DNA of 64,000 nucleotides from Vezdaea acicularis. Its lineage: Eukaryota. The stretch is taken from the NCBI GenBank assembly GCA_026025075.1, contig JAPEUI010000019.1, positions 124,001 to 188,000 of the forward strand, read 5' to 3'. A program made the translations under genes and the position numbers. The notes below the pieces were generated by a model that saw only the letters and a list, made by a program, of their open reading frames with translations, was not told where the DNA came from and made no database searches. Positions 48,298-62,329 of this stretch are shown here, piece by piece; positions within the stretch are counted from its first letter, which is position 1; each line of letters starts with the position of its first letter.

Positions 48298-51200
48298 TAA
48301 GATATTGGAATATAGTGGCCTATTCACTCCCCCAGCCATACTGTAGACATTGGTGGGCGGTTTCGGATTGTTTGGGTATTTGGTCCAGATATTCCTTGCT
48401 CCAGGCCTGGTTTTAGTAGATAGCTCAAACCGTTCTGGCGGTCGGGCGTTTGCTTCGTGTAGAGAAAATGACCAACATGTTTGCACGATTGTCAGTATTG
48501 CACTCGCATCTCTTGTGAAAGATCCAGATGTCCAAATTTGAGATCGGGATAAGAAAAATAACACTGGAGATGGAGTTTCCTTCCTAAAGCCGCCGTATTT
48601 GAAGACATGCTTCCATAAGGGTTGAATTGATCTGAACCTCTAGCCTCCGCGAATTTGTATCAATGTCAATGAACTCGTAGAGGGGCATGTCCGCTGGATT
48701 GATCCGATTCATCTATCAGATTATATCAGCTATAATTTGCTCTAATGCTGGGCCGCACTCACATGTCAACCTCTTGACTTAGGGATAATTGGACGTATGC
48801 ACGACTTAGGATGAGATATGCAGCAATACTTCTTTGAAGACAATACACTATGTCAGGCCACTCCTTGAAAAGCTTGGGGCTACTAGAGCTCCAAGCACAT
48901 CAACGCCACTCTCATGCTCTCAAGGTGTGGGTGCCCCCAGGCCGGCCAACGGGTCTGACGGCATCTGCTACCAAGCAATTGACCTCGCTCGATCTTTGTT
49001 GATCAACAGGCAGCTTCCGAGTTCAACAATGGCCTATGCTAGTAAGCTCAGCTTTACGGTTCCGTTGGGACCTAGCCCAGAGCTACCAGCTGTAACTATT
49101 ACAAATCCTCAAAACTTATAATCTCTCAGAGAAGAGTTAGTTGAAGCTGATGCTGTCAAAAGTCCCAGTATCGGTGCCGAAAGCATATCAGGGTCGAGGC
49201 TACAAGTTCCACCAGAGGTTTTAGTGCAAGAGTTTCAGGGTCCACGGAAAAGTTAGCCTATCCGCGTCACGCTTCTTGACACCCGCCATTACAAAAGAGG
49301 AAAGGATGAGGCGAACGATTCAAGGCGTCCAAGTTGCTTGGATGGGGAAGTTTTCGCCATCGCCAAAGCTCTAAATCGTTGTGACGTCGAAGACTGGGTG
49401 GGGGCATGAGAAGGATCGACAGTACGTCTGAGCTGCAGGGAACAGCGGGAGATTATACAGGGTCGATGGACGATGATAGCTAGCGCTTGTTGTCGATCGA
49501 ACAAAGACCGATCTAGGCCATCGCCTGTTAACTTTAAGCTGCGTGTAAGGAGGAGGGAAGGTTCAGGGATTTTTCAGGGTTCACCCAAGCCTTCCGCCAC
49601 CAAATGCTGATTCGCGCGAATCGAGGTAGCTTATTGCTGGGAAAGGCGGATGGGACAACCCTTTTCGGCATCGGCACCAGAGAGCTTCGGTGACAGACCC
49701 GGCATCTCTCCCCGGTCCAAGACGCGATCCTCTTCGAATAGAAATCGCGATGAATGATGAGTGAACAAACCGACCGGAACGGCGCTTTTGTTGGTGGGAT
49801 TATGACTGCGCGGATCCAAGCTGTCGGTATGCTTGGTGGCCTATGATTCCTCCATCTTTTGGGGCTACCGATGAGGCGTCGACAAGAAGGTCGAGACGCT
49901 GTCGATCATCCGGGCCCCACTGGCCTGTCAAACGACCCATGAGCGAGGGAGCTCAGGCCAAGTTAGTTGTCGGGAATTGCTCCCTGCTCCTATTCTCGAA
50001 AGTAGCACAAGATGATGTACGAACCCTTTGCACATCTTTGGGAGCGCTTGTTGACGCGGCGGCGGAGGAAATTTCCGCAGCGTCTTGGCAAGAATAGAGA
50101 AGCCCTTAGCGTGGAGCGGATTCTTATCATCGGCTCCCACAAAACACCCACAAAAATACTGTGCACTTACTTTAGCAAACTCTCGATCGAGCTACGTACC
50201 AAGAAATAACTTGAAAATAATCAAGTGGCTTTTTGTGAGTTTGTTCGTTGATATGCTAGTTACCTTTGCCATTGAGGGAACTCGGTCATTTGAGCTCTGA
50301 AAAGAGCTCAAGGTAACTTGCATTTCACAGCATTGGGATCTTAACCAATCAGTTGAGTTCTTTCGTAGCTTGCAGGGATATCATATCACACTTGAGGAAT
50401 GAAACCCATCCCAGAGTTGCTGGCAAGGCATGGATGCGGATGGAGGCAGGGAACGACCCTTATGATAATCTCTAAAGGGTGTTCCGTCGCTGGATACAGA
50501 GCAGATTCCCGTCCACGGTTGGGAAAGCTGTTAGATGGCGTTGCTCCACATCACGCCTACAGAGAGCCGCAGAGTCCTCATGCTCCTCCTTTTTCGCATC
50601 ATCTCGAAAGAGTACTAGATACCTTCAGGTCACCCTTTTGACGTTCTCAACTGGGAAATGTTCTAACACAAAGTGGGAGAGCGATTCTGCATCTCGAGTA
50701 ACGCACTTTCCCTCTCAATTCTCGGTCTACTCGAGCTCGAGTGAAACCTTCGATGAAGAGGTGAAGAGATGGGAAGTTAGTAGAGTAGGAATTATTGCGA
50801 AATTCAGCAAATCACCAGTAGTAACTTGGAAATTCAGTTCAACTCCACACAATTTTACTATATTACATCGTATTTTACATCATCGTGTCTTTACGACACT
50901 GAGCATTCCATGATCTTCACGGATCCCGAGATGAGATCCAAGCGAGGGCTTGGACCATTAAAGGTTGACAGAGTCTCCCCTTGTCGTCGGCGTATGTCGG
51001 CGTGCACAATATCCAGCCACGCAGGATCTGCACCATCCCAAACTGGGGGACGGTACACCGTATTCGGCCGCATCTGACCTCAGTCCATCAAACACGGCAA
51101 GACGGAGGACGCCTCGCAGCATCAGAGGCTTTGAGGAGTGCGACTACTTGCGCCAATCCTTCCCCGGCATACGGAAACCCCTGGCATTATCCAAAAATGA

Positions 51201-54041
51201 TTGAGCGCTGTAGTCAACTGGAAGGCCTGTGAATGTTCAAGATTACAGGAGCAAAGAGGTGTAGGGGAGCTTGCATAAGACGGCAGCCTTGCGCCTCGGC
51301 CAATGCTCCACAGATCGCTCTCTGCTATCACCGCATGCGAGCCCCACCACCCGCTGGTACATCGCGGTATGACAGCTTGCGCAGTCAGGATGCAAAGGAC
51401 CTGTGGATATAAATGGGTTTAATGGCAATTCGCAGATGCCTGACTAATTTACACCCTCTTGGCATCACATGTATCGCCTTTGAATTGGTGGCCTCGGCTG
51501 TCGTGGGGAGAGTAGCAACTTTCAGCATTCTTGGCATGTTCAATGCTGTGGAGAATGGGTTGATACGGCGCCGGAGCGCTTGGCAGCTGACGTATGCGAG
51601 AGAAAGCCGCCGAGTTGACAGGGTGAAAGAAAAGCGGCGGCGCGAACACGAAACCACGGTTTTAGGTGCAGCTATGTCAAGGCCGTGGCACTGACCTTGC
51701 CTCCCGGAAGATATCCAGATGCTTGTGAGTGTCGCATGGAGGATGGGTGTCTCAGGAGGTCGTCCGCATTCGTCGTAGTATCGACCCATGCAACTTGGGG
51801 CGGTATTCTGGCGGCGGGACGAGGCCGATCAAGTCAGAATTTGTAGCTTCCTCATTTGCTTTCTCCGGCCTGGCCCACCACACGCCTTACTCCCACAATA
51901 GCCTATCAATTCTCACTCCCGGAATCTTGCACGCTCTTCCTTTTCTTCTCCCTGACTACCTTTCCTCCTTTGAACCTAGCGTCCTACGAACTTCATTTCT
52001 TCCGCGACCCGGCAGCCAGGGTAATTTCACACCTTAATGCTTGAGGCCAATCGTCGATATCCCGGCAGAGGTGCTTGATCGGACGATCGCGGCTCTAACC
52101 TATCTTTCGGGTATCGGAACCATTTGAGGATGTATCGGCGCATCTGGAGAAATGTGCTTTTTTTCCAGCTGACTGCGAGAGACACCCATGGTTCTGTGAC
52201 CTGATCAGCCGGGTATCGACTCCTTTGCCCCTGCGTGATCAGACTGGTTGACACCGTCATTCTTGAGTCTGACCAGGCGCAGGAAGGATGCGAAGGGCCT
52301 CCATTGGTGCAGCCAAGCTCTCGCACTGATCTCTTTACGACGAACGGAGCTTAGGCCTGAGACGTATGTCATGTACGACATCCACGACCGACTAGTCAAC
52401 ACCAGTGAAAAAGCTTCGCAACGTTCAGAATTGGCGATGGCTACCAACTAAGCCCTCTGGTAGCAGGCCAAAGGGCGATACTGCTGAGGCAATTCTGGAG
52501 GGGAAGCTGCACGTGGAAACGCAGTGTCAGCGCTTCGAAACGCGCCGCTAAAGTCAATGATGATCTGCGGTGCCGCTGATGGCTTGAAGACAACTGCTGA
52601 TTGTCCCAAAACGATATTTCTGGCACTGGCGAGCACTGATTCGTAACTCAAAGCAACGCTGATGGCTTGGTTTCTCCGTGGGCTGGACCTCGCTGAACAG
52701 ACGCCAGAGCGCCATGAACAGGGTACTAAAACGATGACCGGCGTGGATCTACCAGACCGGCAAGCCTCACTGGCTAGGGTACACTTCTCGAGCTAGCCTG
52801 CACGCATTTCACCACCAGGTTATAGGACAGATACTCTCTCACAACGACTCGGCGCCAATGCCACCTTTCCTACCCCGAACACCCTTGATGTGCCTTGCCG
52901 GATTGGGCTGCCTAAAGTGCCACGGTGCTCAGCTTGGACTGCACCAATCCTCATTCCATCAACTGGAAGACGTGGCGTGTGGGATTAACCCTCAAACATG
53001 ACGCTGCCTATGGCTAGCTTGTGCATATGCCTTCCCGCACGGATCGAAATGGTCCCTTCGATACCCTGGGTAATGGAGGGGCAGCGCGGGACCATCAGCG
53101 TAGCTTCTAAGGGACGAACAGCAGGCGGGTTGGGCGTGTGAGCTGTTCCTTGGAGTATTAGTGCGTTCGTTGGACCCTTTCCCACCACCACACGCCCGTT
53201 CTCTCCCTCTTCATCGACAATCTCATAGTCGGTATATCTCCTGCGTACGGAAAAACCGGGTTTGCCGCAAGCCAGTGTGACCGTGCAAGCTACTTGGACC
53301 GTCAAGTGGAGACCACTGCGTAATCCTGGATACGGCTTGACTTCAGTACGTTCCGGTGGCCTGGTCCACTAGGGTGCCTTGCCATCCGACATTTTGACGG
53401 CGCTGATCTTTAATTTTTGCTTCCTACCAAGATTCTCCCTCCACATAAATTCTATTTCCCTGCTCCTACTGTTGATCCTGTTAACTGTTGCTCCACCTCT
53501 GCTGCACTGCTCCGTTCTACTTAATTGATCGATCACACGACCCTGACAATTGCTTTGCGCAACATACCGACCCTTCACCTCGTCTATTTTGGATACAATC
53601 AGTCTTGACCTGTCAGCCTGTCCTGAGACTTGCTGCTGTGTATGCGCTGGGAATTGTGTGGGCCGCCTCATCGAGTCATATGGGAATTCTATTTTGGATC
53701 GCCATCCAGTGCATAATCTTTACGCATAGGCTCCCCACACCATCGATACCTTTGGTGCCTTGAGATATATCATCTTTAAGTAACTGGGTAGATCCGACCA
53801 TCCTGCCTATGATCGAATTTTCTCCGGCGGGCCTAACGACAAGGACGGGCGACCAAGCTGGCCGACATCTCTAGGGACCCATCAATCTGACGGGGAATCG
53901 ACTTGAACGCTTCGGAGACCACTCAACCACCTGTATTCGTTGCTATCTGCTAGCAACCTTAAGACACCCACCCTCGTTCCGTCCAATTTCCTTTGTGCTT
54001 ACACTGGTTGCCCCATTTTGTTGGCGACCCGAGTTAGCAAG

Positions 54042-54267
54042 GTACGTACGTCTTCCTATTCTCAGGATACCAATCATATGTTATGAGGCGACAGATCCCA
54101 ATATCCTCGTTATCCTTGTGTCGAAAGCCTTCGGAAGTACAAGATAACCAGGGTTGGAATCCTGTATCAGACCCGAATTCGTGACGAATATCTTTCAAAA
54201 GCCCTGATTCAATTTGTTTGGGCTTGGACTTCGTTTGTTTTAAGACTTCCCACTGATTACCTTACAG
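54042..54267 (+). other. Probable 5'-UTR intron of the homeobox gene
   Basis: AAG|GTACGT donor, ACTGAT branch point and TTACAG acceptor, just upstream of the ATG at about 54324. Confidence 0.5.
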
Positions 54268-54323
54268 AGATCTGGGGCATAGCTGCGCTTGGAATCATTG
54301 GTAATCTGGTTTTGCAAGCTCTT

Positions 54324-55828
54324 ATGGATACACTGCCAACTGGAGACAAACAAGAGCTTCAAGTTAGTCCGGCTGAACATCATCTTGAGAATATGGCGAC
54401 GTTACCACCCATCCGTCAGGTATCTCTAGCCTCCTCATTTGCTATGTCTAAGTTGTTACTGACGCTTCGAAGGCGATCCCTCAAATACTTGAGGCTGTTC
54501 CGCCGGATTACGCAATACCGCAGTCGGAACTATCGCCAATCACTCACGACGGACAGTCCTCTAAACTTTGGACGAATGTGTCTGACTCTTTCTCTCCAAA
54601 TATGTGCGTAGCCCACCGTGCTCCTTATAGAGTCTTGCGCACCCGGCATTCCTTGCCGTCTTAAACTCTTGGTCTCAATTATCAGCTTGCAGGGAATGCT
54701 GTGATAATTTTGAGCGGATTTACTTTTAGCATTTCACCCCTCTCGTCCGAAAACCCTGGCAATACCTACATGCTCGTATCATTTGGTATACACAACAATT
54801 ACTGACTTAGACGCGGCTAGCCCATACTATTCTGGACCCCGCTCACCTCACAGCCCTCGCGGGTTTGAGAGTGAAAGTCCCGTATTCACAGCACCAACAC
54901 CCAATCGGGCGCTGGATACTGTTAGCAGAAGAGTGAGCCCTGGTGGACAGTCTCGCCCGACCTTTGATCCTCCTACATACGGCCCACAAGTACTAGCAAT
55001 GAGTCCTTATCTACATTCTAGCCATCAAACCTCCATCTCTCCAACATATCCAGCAACACAATCTTATCCAACACCTTACGAGCAGTCTCACTCAATGGCG
55101 TACTCATCAGGACAGTTGAATGATCAGGGGAGTTATTCTAGTGGCGACCAAACGCTGGATATCGTTCAAGATTTCGACATGCGGAAAAAGCGACGTGGGA
55201 ACTTGCCTAAACAGGTCACAGATATGCTGAGACAATGGTATGCAGAACATCAAATGCATCCATACCCAAGCGAGGACGAAAAACAGCAGCTAATGTCCGT
55301 GACTGGTCTCACAATGGCTCAGGTATGATTGTATTCAGTTGGCTTGAATCTCCTAATTACTGAACGATAGACAGATAAGCAACTGGTTCATCAATGCAAG
55401 AAGACGTACGCCAAAGACATCCCTTGAACATCTAGCTCTCCTATCTCACATTCACAGGTCAACCACGACATAGCAATAGCGATCTACAAAACTCGCAACC
55501 ATAACATCCAATCCGCCTTCAAGTCAATTAATCAATAATACGGAGAACTCGTTCCGCTGCCGATCTCCCTTTCCCTTCGTGTCTCAGATGCGTGATATGA
55601 CGGGAACAGTGATTCTGTTGTGGCATCCTCTCACTGTTGTTTTGCATAACGTTGTGGGGATCTACAAAGGAGCTGGCGCAATCTCTCGTGTGAAAATGAC
55701 TGGCCGAAAAGGGAGAAATGGACAATACAGAGCTACCACTACTAAATCTCACAGGCTTGACCAGCGATGGGGTGGACGAAGTTGCGCGCGCAGAGGGGAC
55801 CGGTGAGGATGGAGCTGACACAGCATAG
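54324..55828 (+). CDS. TALE-class (KN/Cup9-like) homeodomain transcription factor; N-terminal exons and last exon uncertain
   Basis: KKRRGNLPKQVTDMLRQW..HPYPSEDEKQQLM..TGLTMAQ|ISNWFINARRR, with the PYP loop and WFIN; intron 55323-55374. Confidence 0.85.
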
Positions 55829-56929
55829 GAGTTCATGCTGCGAGAAGACCCGTGACTACGGAAGTCTTTGCGTCGCCAACTGATAGAGCTGCTGGTTCAG
55901 CTGTATGAGCCATCCTCCCTAGTCAGCTCTTTGGACATTTTAGATTTACGAACAAAAAACCTCAAGTTTACCTTTCCGAGGGCATGTGACCTTCATGGTT
56001 AGTGAATCGCAAATCCGGAATTCTGCTCCCGAACAGAGGCGAATCCGTAGATCAACGAACCACGAACCATGAAAGACAAGGACATCTCGAATCATCCCTC
56101 CCGTGAAATCCGATACTACCCGACGTCATACTGTGTGGGACGGGGATCATCACATTAGCATCCGAGACAGTCGGGGACACCTCTGTGCCCAGCCCTGCTC
56201 TCATGTGTCCCATTCCGGGGGAAAACTCTCTTCACCCGTCGCTCCAGACTTCGTCAACTACGGTATCGACCCGAGCACTCCACCGCGCTCCATATACCTT
56301 ACCGCCAACGCGATTACACGCGCGGCCGTCCTCGCGGCTGCGTCTCTTCCCTCCTGTCCCTCCCGAACGACTCCTCTTCCAGTCGTCTACGCCTCTTCCG
56401 TCTGCGCCTCTTCCGTCTCCCCCTAACCCCCTTTCCCTTACCTCCCTCCTTTCCGGGTCAACTTCAATTCTCTTCTCACCGCCTCGAACACCCCGTAGAA
56501 TCTTCAAAGTCTTAAGCAGAATCCTGCTCAATTCATGTCTTGTAGATACGCAGAGCAGATATTCTCTGCATCCATCACACCTGCCGTACCCGCACACTGT
56601 TGACATGACACGTAAGACGTACATACATGGCACACGCACCACGCATGCACTTCCTCAAACCCAGCCCCCCCTCTCCCCGTCCTCACCACCCCCCACCCCA
56701 CCCTCCTCCCCCCAGCGCCACGCCCCCCAACCCATCGAGAATCTGACAGCGATCTGACATCCGCGGAGGCTCCCGTCGATCTGCAACGCATCATGCACGC
56801 CGTCCGTCCGTCCTTTCCAACGAACTGCATCCGCACGCGATCCCGCGCCGCAGCGCGATACGTGACGAAGCGCCCAGCCAACCCCCCTTGCGCGACAGGG
56901 ATGTAGCTCCTTCCCTTCGAGAAAAGGCC

Positions 56930-56961
56930 GGGACGAACGACGAACGACCGACCGACCGACT
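56930..56961. repeat. Short imperfect (CGAA/CGAC)n microsatellite
   Basis: ggacgaacgacgaacgaccgaccgaccgact. Confidence 0.6.
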
Positions 56962-57450
56962 ACTGCTGTGTGGAAGTGCATTGCATGTTCGGGGAACCGG
57001 GGAGGGAGGGTTAGGCTTTACGAGATGGCGACGGGGACCGGGGAGCAGGGGATGAGGGACGGGGTAGGGGGCTGGGAAGTGGCATGGGCCGGGGTGGGCA
57101 GGCGCGCGGGTATTGTGCGGCTGGTGTGTGGTAGGGAATTCGTGCTGGACGTTACGCAGCGTAGTTGATGGCACGGTTCTGATGGATGGGGAGGGAAGAG
57201 GCCGTGGGGAGATGGAGAACCGCATGGTTTGTGTAGATATGATGTGGTACTATTCGAATATTCTACTCCCGTCATCCTTCGCCTCTTTCCGTAAGGGAGA
57301 AATGCTGGCGAATCATCAGTTCGCTGATGTGCGTGACCACGAACCCCGCAGACTGAGAAAAAGAAAGATATACGCGCTACCCAAGCCCATGCCAGTCTAT
57401 CCCATTCGAGCTCGTGTGTGGTCCGTGATGTGTAGAATGCCTAGAGGACA

Positions 57451-60335
57451 TCAAGGCGCCGATATGATAAGACTCTCGAGCCTATTCTTCGTCGCCTCGA
57501 CCAACGCGGACCTAAGATACAGAATTAGTTATCAATCGCCTTAGGAGGTAAGGCGTAGGGATGGGGGGAACACACTCTCTATCCATGAGTAACTGGACCT
57601 GCTTGATCTTTGCCTTGCGGATCTCAGACGAGACTCTCAGTGCAGTCACCCTCTTGTCTGGGGTTGGTTTGGCTTCCAACTCCTTGGTTTCTTTGACCAG
57701 TTCGTCTGCCAGTTGTCTCGCCTGTACGAATAGTCGGCAATCAGCAGAGATAGACCACGGGAGGCATGAAGGAGAAAACTTACCTCTTGATACCTAAACC
57801 ACGGCTGATCCGTCTTGCGACCCTCAAGATCCTCCTGACTAGTTGGAGCCAGCACGCTTGAGCTCAGTCTGTTAACTTCCTTGACCCACGCCTTCTCCTT
57901 GTCGCTCAAGTCGCCACTCCCATGCGCCGCCAGCTTCCGTCTTAGTGCCGCATATCGTGAAACCAACTCTTTTTGTCTAGTCTTTGCGGCAATGAGTCTC
58001 CGCTCAAGCTGTGGACCCGCCTGCGGGACGTCCTCCCCATCATCTTCATCGTAGTCTTCCCCCGTGACCTCCTCAATACGATCAGAGAGTTCATCCAGGC
58101 GTTTGATCTGGTCGCGGAATTCTTCTTGTAGGCGCTCGCACCGACGGAAGAGCTCAGCGGCTGCGACGCCAAGTTGGTGTGTTCGTTGGCTTAGGACGCG
58201 GTGGGCAGCGGTCATGACCTCGAGGGTTGCAGACGAGAGGCGGATTTCTCCTTTAATAAAGTGCTGATGGCGACCATCGGCGAACTTGGCGAGGGAGCTA
58301 GGGAGAGGTGAGCTCATGTAGAATGCTCTAGGAGGGTCGTAGATGGGGCGGGGTTTAGGCGCAGGTAGGGCTAGGCGTTCTGACTCGAAATCGTGAATGA
58401 AAGGTTCTTCGGGGATTGAAGATAGGAGTGCATCGGGTTGGTCGAATGAGATGGCATAGGGTTGACCATCGTTGGCAGTCAAAAGGAAATATCCTAAAGT
58501 GTGGTCCTTGTAGATCAGGCTTTCACTGAGAATCCCTGAAACTTCGTCTACATCTTCGTCGACCTCGTCCTTGGTATCGAGGATCCGCTCGCGTAATGTG
58601 CTCTCCCCTTTAGTGATTATGTCAATACGGAATGCCGAGCCAGGATCTGTGCTATTTTCTAATTCGTTTTCTAGATTTTCTGCTAGGGCTTGCAACGACA
58701 AGAAGGTGACGCCCTGGCCGTGAGTTACGAAAAACCCATAGCGTGATAAGGGATCGAGACTGAAGGTAGGCCAGCTTAACGCAGAATTTCGCGTCTCTGT
58801 TGATCTTATGGTGTCGATCGATTCGAACGTGAGCAAAGCTTTCTGTTCGACCAAGTAAGCTGGCTGATGGCTTCGAAAGCGTTTTTCTGGTAGCCATTCT
58901 GCCTCAACTCCATGCAGATCTAAGCAGACATGTATCCTGCCGTTGCTCGACAAGACACACAGAACACCAATAGACAATCCCTCTTGACTCAGTTCTTCGT
59001 ATTCGAAATCGATATCTTCACCCCGCATGAGTTCGTCCGCATCAATTTTGGGTGCAATCGCGTGAATATCGGTAATGAGCACCTCTTCTTCGTCATCTGA
59101 ATCCTCAGGCAAGGTCTCTAATCTAAAGGGGCCTTGTAGTCTTGGGATTGAGCTTGGCAGATTAGGACGCTTGAAAACCGGAATCTCCTGATCGAACTCG
59201 CCACTACCCGGTACGAATATCGGTTCCTGTTCATCCAGCTCTTTCATCCACTGCATCTGTTGTCGATAATGTCGACGATCCTCTGACGATGCTTCCGGAT
59301 TGTTGTCTGTTGCGTCTCGCTTCGTCACAGCAGAAACAGATAGCGAAGGTATGAGCGTGGGTTGCGGTTGCCACTTGTTCGGCAGGAGGGGACATAACGC
59401 ATATATATCCCCTTCCCTCATTGCAACCCAAAGTGTCATGGCCGCCCAGCCGTTCTCTTCATTCTTGCCCTGTCCCCCAAAGCAAGCCGCAGCGACCTCC
59501 ATTTCGAAAGAGTCTGGTGAAAAGCCCTTGCTTCGTCCAAAGTTGGCGGCACCAAAATCCTCATCTGAAGATAAGCCATCTGCGAGCTTCTTCAAGTCGA
59601 CCGCTAAAGCTGGACAGTCAAAAGACCATCGGTCCTCGGGCGAAACCTCCCATATACGAACCACTGCATCTTTTGTCACAGTGACCAAGCATTTCCCCAA
59701 GACGCCAAGCGGATGCCATAGAGCTGAGACAATTGGTGACTGTGTCGTGACATGCGTAGTAGGACCTAACTGGAAGCTCTTCAGCTTTATGGCACCTGAA
59801 TCTGCTGCCTTTAGATGACGAGGGTCTGGAAGCACGGCTATGTGGACTGTATGGCTCGTAAGGATTGCCATCAGATTGCCATTTGGTGAAGGAATCATCT
59901 GTCTTATATCTTCCCCAAGGGATATCCGCAATGTCTGTTCAATATGGGTAAGCACCTATACATGTCGTCCGAAAGCACCCATAGAGCTCTTACCCTATAG
60001 CCAGCTTCTGTATCACCCACGCTCTCTTCACGCCGTTTCCTAGACCTACTTCCTCGCGGCTGACTCTGCTCCTCCCAATCATCTTTCAGGTGTCGGAGGT
60101 CCGTCCATCGTATCTGTTTCCCAGCGGCGACGAATATCTCTGTTCCACGCTTCGCAATGGTTCTCCGTGGGCCACTAAGCCTATAGTCTTCAGGAGAGGT
60201 ATACGCCCCATTACTAGATGTCGGCCTCGCTTTCTGTGTCTTTGACCATGACGTTCCTTCTGGGGACTCAAAGATCTTGAAGCCCGGCGAGGTCCTGGAC
60301 AACCAAGGCGGCGTGTAACTTAGAACTTTAGGCAT
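57451..60335 (-). CDS. NUP82: Nucleoporin Nup82/Nup88 (beta-propeller plus C-terminal coiled coil)
   Basis: MPKVLSYTPPWLSR start; GPRRTIAKRGTEIFVA, ALWHPLG and GDIYALCPLLP motifs. Spliced coiled-coil tail ending SALVEATKNRLESLIISAP. Confidence 0.88.
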
Positions 60336-60632
60336 GGCGGGATGTGATAGAGGAGAGCAATGGGAAAAGAACCTGAGGATTGGGTACTACCTCAATTAGT
60401 TGAGCCCAAAGCTTGAAAGAGCCAAAAAAACAACAACAGTAGTGACAATCCCAAATTCAAGTTGGCGGGTGGTTGTTGCATCGCTGTAAACCTTTCAGAG
60501 GCCAACGCGCCTGGCGCCTTCGCTTAGCCTCCCAAACCCCGGTCTCCCCCAGGCGCGTCAGATCATTAGCGCCGCGGCCCTGCACCTTCACCAACACCTT
60601 TCATGGAATAGTTATCAAGCAGCGCAGCAAAC

Positions 60633-61409
60633 ATGGCCGGACCTCCACGAAATACCGTGGATCGTCTCGACAGGCCCAGTGCTTACTATCTAGGGCGGGT
60701 GAGTTCAGCCTTGTATCAGTATTCTTTGTGACGCAAACTCATGCGGCGTGCTTGAGCAGAATCGAAAACGCAAGTTTGACCGGGATCGCGATGAGAGGGA
60801 AGAGAGGGAGAAGTCACCGGCGGAGGAAGAGGACCCATTGAAAGACGCAACAACCCTCTATGTTGGAAACTTGTAGGTCTCCTTCGACGGAAGCTCTTCT
60901 TTGTGTGGATATTTTCAATTTACGCATACAGGTCTTTCTATACCACTGAGGAACAGATTCATGAGCTCTTTGCGAAGTAAATGCCCCCTTGGCTCCGATG
61001 CTCCTTATGTGTGGCTAATTGGCTATTCAAACAGGTGCGGAGAGATCAAGCGTCTGGTAATGGGACTCGACCGCTTTAATAAGACGCCTTGCGGCTTCTG
61101 TTTCGTGGAATACTACACACATCAGGATGCGCTCGACTGTATGAAGTATATTGGTGGAACTAAGCTCGATGAGCGCATAATCCGCACAGATCTGGACCCA
61201 GGGTTCAAGGAAGGGAGACAATACGGGTATGTCACAGCTTCGCCTAGCTTCTACAACAGCTCTAACCAGAGAGATACAGGCGAGGAAAGTCTGGCGGCCA
61301 AGTGCGCGACGAGTACCGCGACGAGTATGATCCCGGACGTGGAGGTTATGGTCGTGCGGTTGAGATGGAGCGCCAGAAAGAAGAGGACGAGTACGGGAAA
61401 GGTAGGTAG
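60633..61409 (+). CDS. CBC2: Nuclear cap-binding complex small subunit CBP20
   Basis: [50 protein letters not shown] and [17 protein letters not shown] motifs. Confidence 0.95.
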
Positions 61410-61575
61410 ATTGGACTATCCATCTGAACCAGTAGCAAAGTGTGCGGCGCCTGGATAAACATGTGATTGCCTCGTTTCCTTCCCAGGTATCTCCGAGTGC
61501 GTTCACCGATACTCCACACAATGCACCCCGAACGCCCTCAAACATGCTTCCACCCAATTGCCCTTTCCAGAATGC

Positions 61576-62141
61576 TCAAAGATACTTCTTCCCCGCCCCC
61601 ACCACTCTCGCCTTGAACACCGGACTCGTGACCACCTGGTCGACCCTATAAAACGGATTCATGATATTCTTGACCCAGACCTCATACACATCCGCGAAAA
61701 AACTCTTAATCGCCTCCTCCGTGGCCGGACTCGTCGGATTCGCCGCCACACTCGTACTCGCCCTCGTCGTCCCGCTCGGTTGGTGTAGCAGCAGAAACTT
61801 GATATTGCCCCCCGTGATCCAGCACGAGACGTAGGAATTGTAGAAGCGGTCGATCAGTTTGAGGTACCTGCGCATTTTTTCGTCAATTTACCAACTTCTT
61901 CTACTAATAATACTACTGCTGGGGTGTTTTTTTTTTGGATGAAGAAAAGCTCTTACATTTGTCCGCCGTTCCATTGGACCTCTTCCACAATGTCCAGGCT
62001 TGAATGCACGACGAACTGGTTTATGTGTCTTGCATCCTCGCGGAACCGCGCGAGGCCGTCGCCGCCGGCTTTGGAGGTGCCGAATTCGAGCTCGAAGAGG
62101 GGATTGTCCTTCGTGCCCACTATGCTGAAATAATACGACAT
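61576..62141 (-). CDS. TRS20: TRAPP subunit Trs20 / sedlin (TRAPPC2)
   Basis: MSYYFSIVGTKDNPLFELEF, NQFVVHSSLDIVEE, M|YLKLID and MNPFY motifs; intron 61868-61956. Confidence 0.94.
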
Positions 62142-62329
62142 CTTCCCTGCTGTTCGGGTATGAAAGGTGGGAAGCCGTGGGGCGCATTGGGGGAAAGCTT
62201 GTGTTGGCAGATCCCCGCTCACCGCCCTCGGGAATTTCGAAAAAGCTTGGCACTCGCGACGTCGAGCTTTCGAACTTAACCTTCAATCCGCGATCCCTCC
62301 CATATCCCCCATCGTCACCCCCACCCACA

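Noticed and set aside
52557..52662. ATGATGA followed by several CTGA motifs
   Set aside because: No complement of 10 nt or more to an rRNA or snRNA segment that I can recognise; such motifs occur by chance.
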